The notes beneath the pieces were generated by a model. It searched no databases. It was not told the origin of the DNA and worked only from the letters and a program-made list of their open reading frames with translations. A stretch of DNA of 64,000 nt, taken from positions 2,630 to 66,629 of the IMG/VR virus record IMGVR_UViG_3300047552_000229; one strand, given 5' to 3'. This document shows, in pieces, positions 55,712 to 64,000 of this stretch. Each line of letters opens with the position of its first letter. Positions within the stretch are counted from its first letter, which is position 1. This stretch comes from a virus. The translations under genes and the position numbers were made by a program.

Positions 55712-55942
55712 TTAAGCCTTACGCCAGATACGGACGCCAGTTTGTTGTTGCTCGAATACAAAGGAAGCGCCGATCTTTTTGCCAACGCCACGAGCGTTGT
55801 TGATGGCCTTCTTTTGGACAGCATCAGCGCCGTCGATCCACACGGAATCACCGGCTTCCATTTGACGGAAGGGGTAGGTTGCACGGATCAAAGTGCTAGT
55901 GGCTGACTGGGAAATTGCGATGCCTTTTTCGATCTGAAACAT
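55712..55942 (-). CDS. small conserved phage protein, probably DNA-binding
   Basis: F.IEKGI...YPF..M..GDS...GVRIWR; SD AAGGAG. Confidence 0.8.
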   Translation of the reverse strand: MFQIEKGIAISQSATSTLIRATYPFRQMEAGDSVWIDGADAVQKKAINNARGVGKKIGASFVFEQQQTGVRIWRKA

Positions 55943-56034
55943 TGCGTTGCTCCTTTATTAAAGTTGAGGTTAAAACTACTGCTAGGACTATTTTGTAGAC
56001 AGCGTGCGCCCCAAACGCTGTCTTGCTTAAAAAT

Positions 56035-56421
56035 TTAAGCACATTCATGGATGATCCATTCTGCTACCTCCTTATTGGTAAGTATGGTGTGGTCGTTGAT
56101 CAACACCACACTGTCCCATTCAATAGGAGTGGTAAGCACAATAGCACCACCAGTGAACCCTACTATAACTGCTACGTTACGTCCTTCGTCATGCCTTGCA
56201 CCAAGCCACTTGCTTTGCAGTTTGGACAAATCCGGCGTGAAGGACTTCACCGGCTTCTGTGCCAACCACTTGTATTCAATCCATAGGTCGCCCTTCTTGC
56301 CTGAGTACCATACGTCCGGAACACCCGCGCAATAGGGGTTGTTGTTCTTCATGTAGTACACAGCCGCAGGCACGTACCTGTGGATAGAATGAGTAAATCC
56401 TGTTTCGGGTTTATGCGCCAT
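56035..56421 (-). CDS. VRR-NUC-like PD-(D/E)XK nuclease/resolvase
   Basis: E...GVPD......LWIEYK...LS.LQ..WL. Confidence 0.8.
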   Translation of the reverse strand: MAHKPETGFTHSIHRYVPAAVYYMKNNNPYCAGVPDVWYSGKKGDLWIEYKWLAQKPVKSFTPDLSKLQSKWLGARHDEGRNVAVIVGFTGGAIVLTTPIEWDSVVLINDHTILTNKEVAEWIIHECA

Positions 56422-56692
56422 CTTGCGGGTCAGGCTCAGGAAAGAATATAAGTTTACATGCCGGGCAGTCGCCGCTGACAGTTTGTAGTTCTCCGCATTC
56501 TTTGCATATATCTCTAGTGATGGTACCTTCGAAGTTACCTATCCGCGAGCCTGCCACGAACTCTCCGATGATCGAACCATCATCCATCAATGCTAAAAGG
56601 GTAATGTCTAGGTAATCATACCCATCCCCAGTATTGAATACTGCTGTAGTACCAAAAGGGGCGTTTACTATCTGAACGATTTTGTTACGCAT
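56411..56692 (-). CDS. hypothetical protein with a C-terminal Zn ribbon
   Basis: CKEC...CPAC; SD GGAG. Confidence 0.6.
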   Translation of the reverse strand: MRNKIVQIVNAPFGTTAVFNTGDGYDYLDITLLALMDDGSIIGEFVAGSRIGNFEGTITRDICKECGELQTVSGDCPACKLIFFPEPDPQDGA

Positions 56693-56703
56693 GGGAAACT
56701 CCG

Positions 56704-56742
56704 AAAAAGAAGGGGACAGGAGGGAGAGAGTTCCTGTCCCCT
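56704..56742 (-). terminator. intrinsic terminator
   Basis: 11-bp stem AGGGGACAGGA/TCCTGTCCCCT, followed by TCTTTTT on the minus strand. Confidence 0.7.
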
Positions 56743-56750
56743 AAAAGTGA

Positions 56751-56939
56751 CTATGGAGAGTCACTGGAGCCAGACGGAATATTAGCAGACTTTTCAAGAA
56801 GATATAAGTCGCGCTCAAGACTTTTCATCTCAACCGTGGCTACTTGGATTGCTTGTCTCTTTTCCGCAACTTTGCGCTTGAGATCAAGGATCAAAGTAGT
56901 GATAGGGTTACGCTTAACGATAACACTAGGTTCGCGCAT
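56751..56939 (-). CDS. small coiled-coil protein
   Basis: 62 aa; overlaps the upstream gene. Confidence 0.55.
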   Translation of the reverse strand: MREPSVIVKRNPITTLILDLKRKVAEKRQAIQVATVEMKSLERDLYLLEKSANIPSGSSDSP

Positions 56940-57144
56940 ACTTCTCTCTTAGTTCTGCTACGTATCTTAGCTCATTCATCCTGACGAGACGGGCGATAAG
57001 GCGGTTGATGATGACAGTCCTACGCTTGGTTGAACTCTCAATCTCCAACGCCTTATGTATCTCATCCTCCGTCATGCGATTGACTACATCGCACAACGAA
57101 GCATAAGAATCTAACGCCCTGCCAATGTTCCAGTTAAGAGACAT
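56926..57144 (-). CDS. small conserved hypothetical protein
   Basis: MTEDEI..AL..E....RR...I.RL..R; TAATG coupling. Confidence 0.7.
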   Translation of the reverse strand: MSLNWNIGRALDSYASLCDVVNRMTEDEIHKALEIESSTKRRTVIINRLIARLVRMNELRYVAELREKYART

Positions 57145-57800
57145 TACGCATTAGTCAGGAGGCTGAGTGCCTCGCCCTTACGGCTGTACGCCTTCATCAG
57201 ATCGTCCTGCTTGTTAGGCTCGACGAAGTTGAAGCGCAGAGACGGGAAGGTGTCATCGCTGAAGCTGATCTCGGTAACAACGCCCCAAGCAGGTACCTGA
57301 AACTTAGTACCGATGGATGCGATGTACTTGTCGAAGTGCTTGATACCGGTCGGGCTGACCTTGATGAGCAGAATCTCACCAGAGTCTTGCTTGTCTGGAG
57401 CAACGACTGCGAGGATACGGTTGTTGGTACAAGCCTTGCCGTCACCTGCGCCGGAACCCCATTGGTTCTGAGGACAAGTAGAACACTTGGCAGACTGCTT
57501 GTTAGGAGATGTATCCAGAGGCTCCATCTCGCTAGTCAGTTGACCAATAGCGTGACAAGCAGCTTCGGTGATAACACCCTTCTTATACGGAGTATCGTAG
57601 TAAGAATAAGAGTTGATGAAGTCGATGATCACACAAGTGATGGGACCTGCGTGTTCAGTCTTGTCGGGGAAGGTGAACTTCTTGCCGGTAAGGTTAACAA
57701 ACGAGGTCGGTGTAGCGTCAACACGTTGCGCCATGCTAGCAAGTTCTGCCTTCATAGCCTCCGCGATGTTAACGATTGCAGTGCTTTCTTCTTTAGCCAT
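57144..57800 (-). CDS. putative ssDNA-binding/annealing protein with Cys motifs
   Basis: C..CPQNQWGS...GKAC.N.R.LAV...KVSPT; located in the replication module. Confidence 0.6.
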   Translation of the reverse strand: MAKEESTAIVNIAEAMKAELASMAQRVDATPTSFVNLTGKKFTFPDKTEHAGPITCVIIDFINSYSYYDTPYKKGVITEAACHAIGQLTSEMEPLDTSPNKQSAKCSTCPQNQWGSGAGDGKACTNNRILAVVAPDKQDSGEILLIKVSPTGIKHFDKYIASIGTKFQVPAWGVVTEISFSDDTFPSLRFNFVEPNKQDDLMKAYSRKGEALSLLTNA

Positions 57801-58185
57801 CTATAGCTCCTTGATCTTGTTTTGTGGTTAACCGGATACTTACCTTAGTGAACGGTACCATTCCGGGGATAGCGCCGTTCTTTTCAAACAACTCTCTACA
57901 TGCAGCTTCGCTTAAGCGCTTATGCAGCAGGTGGAAGTAACCATTACGAGCGATGTACTTGTAGATGGCATCCCAATCTTCTGCAACTGGTACTACGGAT
58001 TCTTTGCGGGTGAAGGTCGCATACTGCCCGCGACCCATCTCGATACCCTGATTCTTCATTAGCTCCAATAACTGAAGTTCAAGTGGAGCGATTTCCTTCT
58101 CAACTGCGGAAGCTTGTGCTTCAAGCTCTCGTTTCTTCTCACGAAGAAGCCACATTTGGTCTGATAATTCTCCAACAGTTGACAT
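57793..58185 (-). CDS. conserved replication-module coiled-coil protein
   Basis: LREKKRELE...DWD..Y.YI......LL.KRLS......IPG. Confidence 0.7.
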   Translation of the reverse strand: MSTVGELSDQMWLLREKKRELEAQASAVEKEIAPLELQLLELMKNQGIEMGRGQYATFTRKESVVPVAEDWDAIYKYIARNGYFHLLHKRLSEAACRELFEKNGAIPGMVPFTKVSIRLTTKQDQGAIDG

Positions 58186-58214
58186 AGTATACACCTTTCC
58201 TTTACGTTTTACAA
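58186..58214 (-). promoter_or_regulatory. sigma70-like promoter
   Basis: TTGTAA-N17-TATACT on the minus strand, just after the polymerase stop. Confidence 0.5.
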
Positions 58215-60044
58215 TTATTTGCTATATTCGCGTGCCCATCCACCCTCCGCTTGAAGGGGAAGATCGGCACACCAATCCGGTGGCGTAGTCATACATTCAT
58301 ACATGTACTGGAAGCCTGCATCGGCTTCGTCTTCTGGTATCAGGCACACGATCTCGTCATGCGTCATGGTCAGAACCTTGTACCGCTTGGATATCTCGGT
58401 CATCTGCGTAGATACGATGATCCTCGCAAGAGCCTGCACGATATTCTCAAGCATCAGGCCACCGTAGATACCGCGTGGCACGCCTTGGACCTTAAAGGTT
58501 TTGTGATCACGACCAGTCCTCGGGTCTGTTTCAATGTCGAGATCGGGATAGTCAAGATACATACCGTTAGGCAGGAACACACGCTGTCCCTTCCACTTGA
58601 TGCACTTGTACTCGCCCTGCACATTGCGGTTCATCTCGTTGAGCATACCCTCGCATCTAGCCCACATATCTACGATGAAGGGGTTGTTGGTCCGATACAT
58701 ATTAACGATTTGGTAGGCATTGTTGATGTCGATGTCAACCTTGGGACCCATAGCGCCAGAAGCGAGTGTAGCCTGATACTTCGCAGCCCCCATTTGGAAT
58801 CCAAGGCCAAGAACTGCAATTTTTCCGATGAACCGCTTAATGCTGTCCACATCGTCAACGTCAATACCGTAAGCAGCGGAAGCCATTCTTCGGTAGGGAT
58901 CGAATGATTTGTCGCCCGCATCGTATTGCTTAAACCTGTCCAAGAGGTCGGTCTGCCCGGAAAGCCACGCGTTAACTCGACATTCGATCTGTCCTGAGTC
59001 AGCGACGCCAATAACAAAACCTCGCGGAGCGATAAGACACTTTCGAAGCTCTCCACCCCGCTTGAGGTTTTGAAGATTAATCTTGTTGCCACCCGACCAT
59101 CGTCCTGTGTGTGCTCCATAATATGAAAGATACACGGGGAGTGGTCCAAGGCTACCTTCATCAACAAAGCGTTTGGCTCTAGATTCATTCCCGGTTGACT
59201 TTGCTCCAAGTCGCGCCTCAACTCCAAATCGAACCACCTCATTCTCATGCTCCAATAATGCAGTGAACTCCAGATCGGTCTTAGCGAAGGCGTAGACGGC
59301 TTTGTTCTGCTTGGCTGACATCTTCATAGGTGGGACGATGCCTTGATTGCGTAACCATGCTGCGAACTTCTCGCTACTGCCTAGCGTATCTTTGGTAAGA
59401 CCGGCTTGCAGCATCTGTGCAGCCTTCAGTCCCACTTCTTTCTCGTACTCCGCTTGCGCTCTTGGTACGTCAATCTCGAATCCGGGTTGCGTAAACATCC
59501 GTACAGTAAGATCAATAAGGTCAAGTTCAGCGCTAGGAAAAGGAAGAAGCCTTTGAAACAGAGCATAAGTAATCTCAACGTCATTCGCATTGTATTCAAC
59601 CATGCGGTTGAGAGCATCGCCTTCAAGTTCATGTATGCCTTTCGCAAACTCTACGTCATCGGACTTATGAGCCATGCCCAAAAACTGAGTAATATGATCC
59701 AGAGCACTACTGCTACGGCTACCAAACTTTGCACGAGCCATAGAAAGAGTGTCGAGATAGTAGTTCGGTATGATGCCATAGTGATGCGCAAGGATAAGCC
59801 CGTCGAATTGAGTGTGGTGTGCGAGAACAGAGGTATCGTCCCAGTCTATTTGGGCTAGGTACGACTTAATCTCGTCATCACCAACACGTACTTCAACAGG
59901 ACCATCGTCCTTCTTGAATGCACACGTATGTACTTTGAACCTAGCGTCTTTGACGTATAGGCTTGTTGGTATCTTACGCAAGGAGTAGTCCTTGTCGTAG
60001 AAAGTTTCCATATCCAAACATAGAATATGCTTAGAAGGATGCAT
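58215..60044 (-). CDS. DNA polymerase, family A, with a 3'-5' exonuclease domain
   Basis: LDMET, AHH..FD, Y..NDV exo motifs; HTGRWSG, INLQNL, DSGQIECR (A), RFIGKIAVLGLGF (B), THDEI (C); start MHPSK after GAGGAG. Confidence 0.95.
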   Translation of the reverse strand: MHPSKHILCLDMETFYDKDYSLRKIPTSLYVKDARFKVHTCAFKKDDGPVEVRVGDDEIKSYLAQIDWDDTSVLAHHTQFDGLILAHHYGIIPNYYLDTLSMARAKFGSRSSSALDHITQFLGMAHKSDDVEFAKGIHELEGDALNRMVEYNANDVEITYALFQRLLPFPSAELDLIDLTVRMFTQPGFEIDVPRAQAEYEKEVGLKAAQMLQAGLTKDTLGSSEKFAAWLRNQGIVPPMKMSAKQNKAVYAFAKTDLEFTALLEHENEVVRFGVEARLGAKSTGNESRAKRFVDEGSLGPLPVYLSYYGAHTGRWSGGNKINLQNLKRGGELRKCLIAPRGFVIGVADSGQIECRVNAWLSGQTDLLDRFKQYDAGDKSFDPYRRMASAAYGIDVDDVDSIKRFIGKIAVLGLGFQMGAAKYQATLASGAMGPKVDIDINNAYQIVNMYRTNNPFIVDMWARCEGMLNEMNRNVQGEYKCIKWKGQRVFLPNGMYLDYPDLDIETDPRTGRDHKTFKVQGVPRGIYGGLMLENIVQALARIIVSTQMTEISKRYKVLTMTHDEIVCLIPEDEADAGFQYMYECMTTPPDWCADLPLQAEGGWAREYSK

Positions 60045-60516
60045 GATATGTCTCTCCTCGTTTAATAAGACTAATAACGCGTTGCGACACACCGTACTCC
60101 TTAGACAACGGGATTTGCAGTTCTCCGGCGCGTAGCCGTGCTCTTATTTCAGCAGCTTGTGCGTTTGTAAGTTTGGAATTGGAATGGTACTGCCCTTTTG
60201 GTTGCGCCCTTCGCTTCTTTGCATATGCATCTATTTGATTGTCCGAGTAATTTCCTACAAAGAAATGGTCCGGATTGCAGCACTTTCTGTTATCGCACTT
60301 ATGTAAGACATACCCTTTTTCTAACGGGTCTTGGGGAGCGGATGGGTGCGATACCATACCTGATATCCATGCCGCTATGCGGTGCGCGGTATACACGTTT
60401 CCATCCCAACTAACGGTCCCATATCCAGAAGAATTACAAGCTCCTGTCCATTCCCAACATAAGTCTGTTTTATTTACTCTAGCCCAAAAACTAGCGGCGG
60501 TTTGTTTTCTCGACAT
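60031..60516 (-). CDS. HNH homing endonuclease
   Basis: CWEWTG...GYG...AHR...VLHKCDNRKCCNPDH...N..D, plus a C-terminal HTH. Confidence 0.92.
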   Translation of the reverse strand: MSRKQTAASFWARVNKTDLCWEWTGACNSSGYGTVSWDGNVYTAHRIAAWISGMVSHPSAPQDPLEKGYVLHKCDNRKCCNPDHFFVGNYSDNQIDAYAKKRRAQPKGQYHSNSKLTNAQAAEIRARLRAGELQIPLSKEYGVSQRVISLIKRGETYHASF

Positions 60517-60558
60517 GATAATGATTTAATAGGTATAAAGTCTATAGTATATCACGGA

Positions 60559-60792
60559 TCATAGGTTCGCTAGTTGCTCAAAGCGCACAAGGGCTGCTCG
60601 TTTGGTTTTGTAGAGAAGCTGCTTATCCATATCGGCAAAGATTAAATGATCTACTACCCATCGATCTCTACGATGACAATAAGCAATAAAAGTACCGCCC
60701 GCTTGAAGTTCTTTGGTCTTTTTGAAGTGCTCTATCTTAGCAAGAGTAATCTTGTTAGACAGAAGTAATCTAGTTAAGATTGCTTTGATCAT
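60559..60792 (-). CDS. hypothetical protein
   Basis: ATGA overlap with the helicase stop. Confidence 0.55.
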   Translation of the reverse strand: MIKAILTRLLLSNKITLAKIEHFKKTKELQAGGTFIAYCHRRDRWVVDHLIFADMDKQLLYKTKRAALVRFEQLANL

Positions 60793-62153
60793 TCCAACAT
60801 CCCTAACAAACTCTGCATATTGACGTTCTTGTTCATCAGAGAAGCGTATACCTTCTCTTCTATCGTGTCTTTGGCGACAACGATGATAGTCTCGGTCTTG
60901 TGCTTCTGACCTGTACGGTAGATACGTCTGTTACCTTGTACGAACCAATCGAGGTTGTGGGGAGGACTGGCCCAGATTGTTGCTGTACCTTTAACCAGAG
61001 TAAGACCGTGAGCAGCACTTGCAGGATGGGCAAATAGAACACGGTAAAAACCCATTTGATATTGTGCGACGATCTCTTCTCGCTTTGAGTCAGAAGTGCT
61101 GCCGTCAATAACGGCATAAGTGAGACCGCTAGCCATAGCATGTTTAATGAGTTCATCGCGTTGATGTGTCCATAAGAAGAATACTATAGAGTGCTGCCGT
61201 GCGTTCGCAAGATCGGTAACAAGCTCGTATCGATCTGAGTCAATAAGGAAGTACTTATCGGTTGCTGAAATAGCCTCTCCGTAAGCAGCACCTGAAGCGA
61301 CCTGTAGTAGCTTAGTAGCAAGGCTCGCTGCATGAACTGCGCTAACGTCGCCTCTGGCAAGCTCAAGTACGGAGTGTTTTCTAAGATCTTCATAATGCGC
61401 TCGATGTTGCGGATTAAGCTCAAACTCTGTTGTGTACTCAAAGTTGTCAGGGATATCAGTACAATCTTCGAACTTATGTCTGATAGTGATGTCTGACATA
61501 AGTGATGCCACTGCTTCATGGATACCCGGTCTGTCGGACCACTTGACCATATTCGGTGACGGTCCAACCTGCTTAGGAGTACACGCTGTATTTCTGAAAG
61601 CGTAGAATGATCTTCCAAGTCTGGCTCCTTGGTCTAGGATGTACACCTGATGCCAGATGTCAGTGATTGTGTTGCTATTCGGGGTGCCTGTCATAAGCTC
61701 CCGAAACTGGAAATACGGAGCGATCTTAGCTGCCGCCTTCGAACGCGCTGATGTAGCGTGTTTGAAGAATGACCCTTCGTCGATGATAAGGGTATCGAAC
61801 TTATCAAAGAACGCCTTGGGCTGCTTCGCAAGCCACTTCGTCGCATCCACGTTCGTGATATATAGATCAGCGGGCGTCTCGAAGGCACGGGTCCTATTGC
61901 TAGCATACGCGATAGAGTATTTAAGGTACGGAGTAAATCTGGCACAATCATTTCCCCAAGCGGACTTTAGAATACTCTTCGGCGCAAGAACTAAGGCCGC
62001 CTTTCCACCGCCCTTCCTCCTCGTACCGAAGGCTTCTAGGGCTGATCTTGTCTTGCCCGTCCCCGGATCGGAAGCGTCGAAAACAATCGGTGACGTCTCC
62101 AAAAGCTTTACGGTTTGCTGTTGATGTGCGAACAAAGGTGGGATGTCCAACAC
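60789..62153 (-). CDS. SNF2-family (SF2) helicase
   Basis: HQ, DPGTGKT, IIDEGS, MTGTP, AAHGLTL, Q.NRRIYRTGQ; probable GTG start at 62153 after AAGGAG. Confidence 0.93.
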   Translation of the reverse strand: MLDIPPLFAHQQQTVKLLETSPIVFDASDPGTGKTRSALEAFGTRRKGGGKAALVLAPKSILKSAWGNDCARFTPYLKYSIAYASNRTRAFETPADLYITNVDATKWLAKQPKAFFDKFDTLIIDEGSFFKHATSARSKAAAKIAPYFQFRELMTGTPNSNTITDIWHQVYILDQGARLGRSFYAFRNTACTPKQVGPSPNMVKWSDRPGIHEAVASLMSDITIRHKFEDCTDIPDNFEYTTEFELNPQHRAHYEDLRKHSVLELARGDVSAVHAASLATKLLQVASGAAYGEAISATDKYFLIDSDRYELVTDLANARQHSIVFFLWTHQRDELIKHAMASGLTYAVIDGSTSDSKREEIVAQYQMGFYRVLFAHPASAAHGLTLVKGTATIWASPPHNLDWFVQGNRRIYRTGQKHKTETIIVVAKDTIEEKVYASLMNKNVNMQSLLGMLE

Positions 62154-62245
62154 GATAGAGTTCTCCTTGCGCCACGAGCCAAGCCGTATGCGCTGTATAG
62201 TCAGATGAAATGCCCTCAAACTTGGCTCTGGTCTTAACGATTAAC

Positions 62246-62944
62246 TTAAACTGCGCTAGGACACACGCCAGTTCCTCGTTTGCCAAATGGGCAGTATTTA
62301 CACGAGAAGATATTAGGATTTGGTTTAAAGTCCGTGCATTCGGTGAAAGCGCGGCCTCGTTGATCGAAGCGTTCCAACAAGCGCATTCCAGTTTCTCTAC
62401 TGTAAGTAACTTTGGAAATATCATTGATGTCAAGATACCAGAACTCCACAGTAATCTGAGTAAGGTCGGGGTGCTTGAGAAACGCGACCAGTTGATACAA
62501 CTGTCCTTGTTCCGCGTGTTTGACTTCGTTGCCGAATTTTTTGCCTGTTTTGTGGTCAATTACTACCCCCGTTCTCTCATCGGGTTGTACGAACGCGTCG
62601 AGCTTCAGTCTGAGCCATGTGTCAGGACCGGACCAAGCCGTAGGCGTCCATGATTTGTCCAGTGCCCACTCTTCCTCGATACTGACACGGTTATCAGCGT
62701 AGAGCTTCTTAAGTGCGAGAAGGTCTTCCTCGAAGTGACGAAGCTCCGGTATGAGTTCAATATTCTCTTTAACAAACGTCTCAGCCGCGAGGTGGACACG
62801 GTTGCCCCTGTCCAACGGGTGTTCTGTCTTACCCTCTGGAGGAACCTTTGGTGGTTCTGGCGATTTCTCAACATATTTTAGGTATGCCATGTACCGGCAT
62901 TTTTCAAAGTCCTGAAGGCGGGAGAAGCTCCATGTAGGTATCAT
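62246..62944 (-). CDS. PD-(D/E)XK (Cas4/RecB-like) exonuclease
   Basis: WSFSRL..FEKC, RGN.VH, KLDA, IDHKTG, Q.QLY, C.YCP...C. Confidence 0.88.
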   Translation of the reverse strand: MIPTWSFSRLQDFEKCRYMAYLKYVEKSPEPPKVPPEGKTEHPLDRGNRVHLAAETFVKENIELIPELRHFEEDLLALKKLYADNRVSIEEEWALDKSWTPTAWSGPDTWLRLKLDAFVQPDERTGVVIDHKTGKKFGNEVKHAEQGQLYQLVAFLKHPDLTQITVEFWYLDINDISKVTYSRETGMRLLERFDQRGRAFTECTDFKPNPNIFSCKYCPFGKRGTGVCPSAV

Positions 62945-62945
62945 G

Positions 62946-63329
62946 TTATCGAGTCCCCAACAATGGAGTAGTAAGAGCTTGTTCTACGTCCATGCCCTTA
63001 ATAATTCGATGTCTTAAAGTGGCATAATTGAGTCCGTACTTTCTAGCCCAGTATGCTAAACAATGAGTTTCGTTGTTAACTGTGAGCATCACCGATGACC
63101 TTCGATTCTCGGCTTGTTCATGCCTATTTGCCCATCGACAATTTCCGGGTTCATATCCCTTGGAATTGTCGATCCGATCAATAGTCAATCCTTCAGGGAT
63201 TTCTCCCATGTCTGCCAAAAATGCTTCATATGACATTCGCCACTTCTCACAAATGTCTATTCCGGCGTAATACTTTTGGTATTTTCTTCGTTTTAAATTT
63301 TGCCAAAGTCTGTAAGTAGCAGTTGCCAT
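62946..63329 (-). CDS. HNH homing endonuclease-like protein
   Basis: GI.IC..W...YEAFLADMG..P...TIDRIDNSKGYEPGNCRWA...Q..NRR. Confidence 0.88.
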   Translation of the reverse strand: MATATYRLWQNLKRRKYQKYYAGIDICEKWRMSYEAFLADMGEIPEGLTIDRIDNSKGYEPGNCRWANRHEQAENRRSSVMLTVNNETHCLAYWARKYGLNYATLRHRIIKGMDVEQALTTPLLGTR

Positions 63330-63350
63330 ATAATAATCCTGTACAAATCA

Positions 63351-63980
63351 TCAAGGATTCTTATTATACCACTCCTCGTAGAGCTTCAAGCGGGTTTCTG
63401 CAATGTGTTGGAAAGCACCGTACCGCAGCAAGATCGGGATGATTTTCTGATAGTCCACAGAGATTGTCTTGGCGCGCCAACTGCCTATATACCCAAGGTG
63501 GGTCTGAAGTTGCAGCCCGAAGTTCTTTCTTGCAGCTATGAACTTAATCAGAGAATCAGCATCGTCCGGGTTGATGTCTTCGAAGCTAATCTTTGAAATA
63601 CGCTCGATCCGTTCTTGCCAGTTCGCGTGGTGTATCGAGTTCAGTTCTTCATCGAAGGCCTTGAACTTGTCGTACACACGCAATGGCTTGATCAACGCAC
63701 GAGCCTTGGCTTGTGTTTCCTTGGTGACTTTCACCATCTCTTCTTCAAGATGTGCGACAGAAGTTGTGATGATTTTGTACTTTTGGTACTTGAAGCCTGT
63801 GAACAAAGGGGCGTCTTTCAGCCACCAACCGGGTGTAGCGTAGTTCTTTCGAAATCCGGGGTAGAAGAAAGAAGTACCTTTCTCCATCTGTCGGAACATG
63901 TTGCTGATCTGTGCCTGCTCACGGTTCTCGTACGAAATTACTACGTTGCTCGTGATCGTACCGTCGGGCGAGAAGGTCAT
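63351..63980 (-). CDS. hypothetical protein (may extend beyond the right edge)
   Basis: ORF of 209 aa or more; the frame is open to the window end. Confidence 0.65.
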   Translation of the reverse strand: MTFSPDGTITSNVVISYENREQAQISNMFRQMEKGTSFFYPGFRKNYATPGWWLKDAPLFTGFKYQKYKIITTSVAHLEEEMVKVTKETQAKARALIKPLRVYDKFKAFDEELNSIHHANWQERIERISKISFEDINPDDADSLIKFIAARKNFGLQLQTHLGYIGSWRAKTISVDYQKIIPILLRYGAFQHIAETRLKLYEEWYNKNP

Positions 63981-64000
63981 AATCTTGGCTTGTGGATCAA

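Noticed and set aside
62246-62944. Cas4 / CRISPR system
   Set aside because: Stand-alone phage exonuclease; no repeat-spacer array or other cas genes seen.
1-64000. Prophage or integrated element
   Set aside because: No host genes, integrase or att-like junction visible; lifestyle cannot be settled from this window.

Overview
The window is most of the genome of a tailed dsDNA bacteriophage with a podovirus-like virion: P22-type portal, N4-gp56-like major capsid, large ejection proteins, and no recognisable tape-measure or sheath gene. A lipobox protein, sigma70-type promoters and IHF boxes point to a Gram-negative, probably proteobacterial, host. There are three blocks. (1) 1-10551, minus strand: small early/accessory genes ending in a MoxR-like AAA+ ATPase cut by the left edge. 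(2) 10740-52141, plus strand: packaging, head, fibre/tail, lysis and ejection genes. (3) 52231-64000, minus strand: primase-helicase, VRR-NUC-like nuclease, SSB-like protein, family A DNA polymerase, SNF2 helicase, PD-(D/E)XK exonuclease and two HNH genes. Blocks 1 and 3 probably join on the circular map. I saw no integrase, tRNA, CRISPR array, reverse transcriptase or RNA polymerase. Best leads: (a) an ADP-ribosyltransferase-like gene with an ejection-protein-like tail, translationally coupled between terS and terL, possibly one of a dispersed set of packaged cargo proteins; (b) an early region with two duplicated gene families whose first copies are each followed by a terminator with an identical loop and whose second copies are each preceded by a matching bulged CATATG stem-loop; (c) an H-type pseudoknot upstream of the primase; (d) an iteron/IHF origin candidate; (e) a perfect 13-nt anti-SD complement in front of a 14-aa basic peptide; (f) an HNH-fold protein with a signal sequence inside the lysis cassette. 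All family calls come from recognising motifs by eye; no database search or folding program was run.
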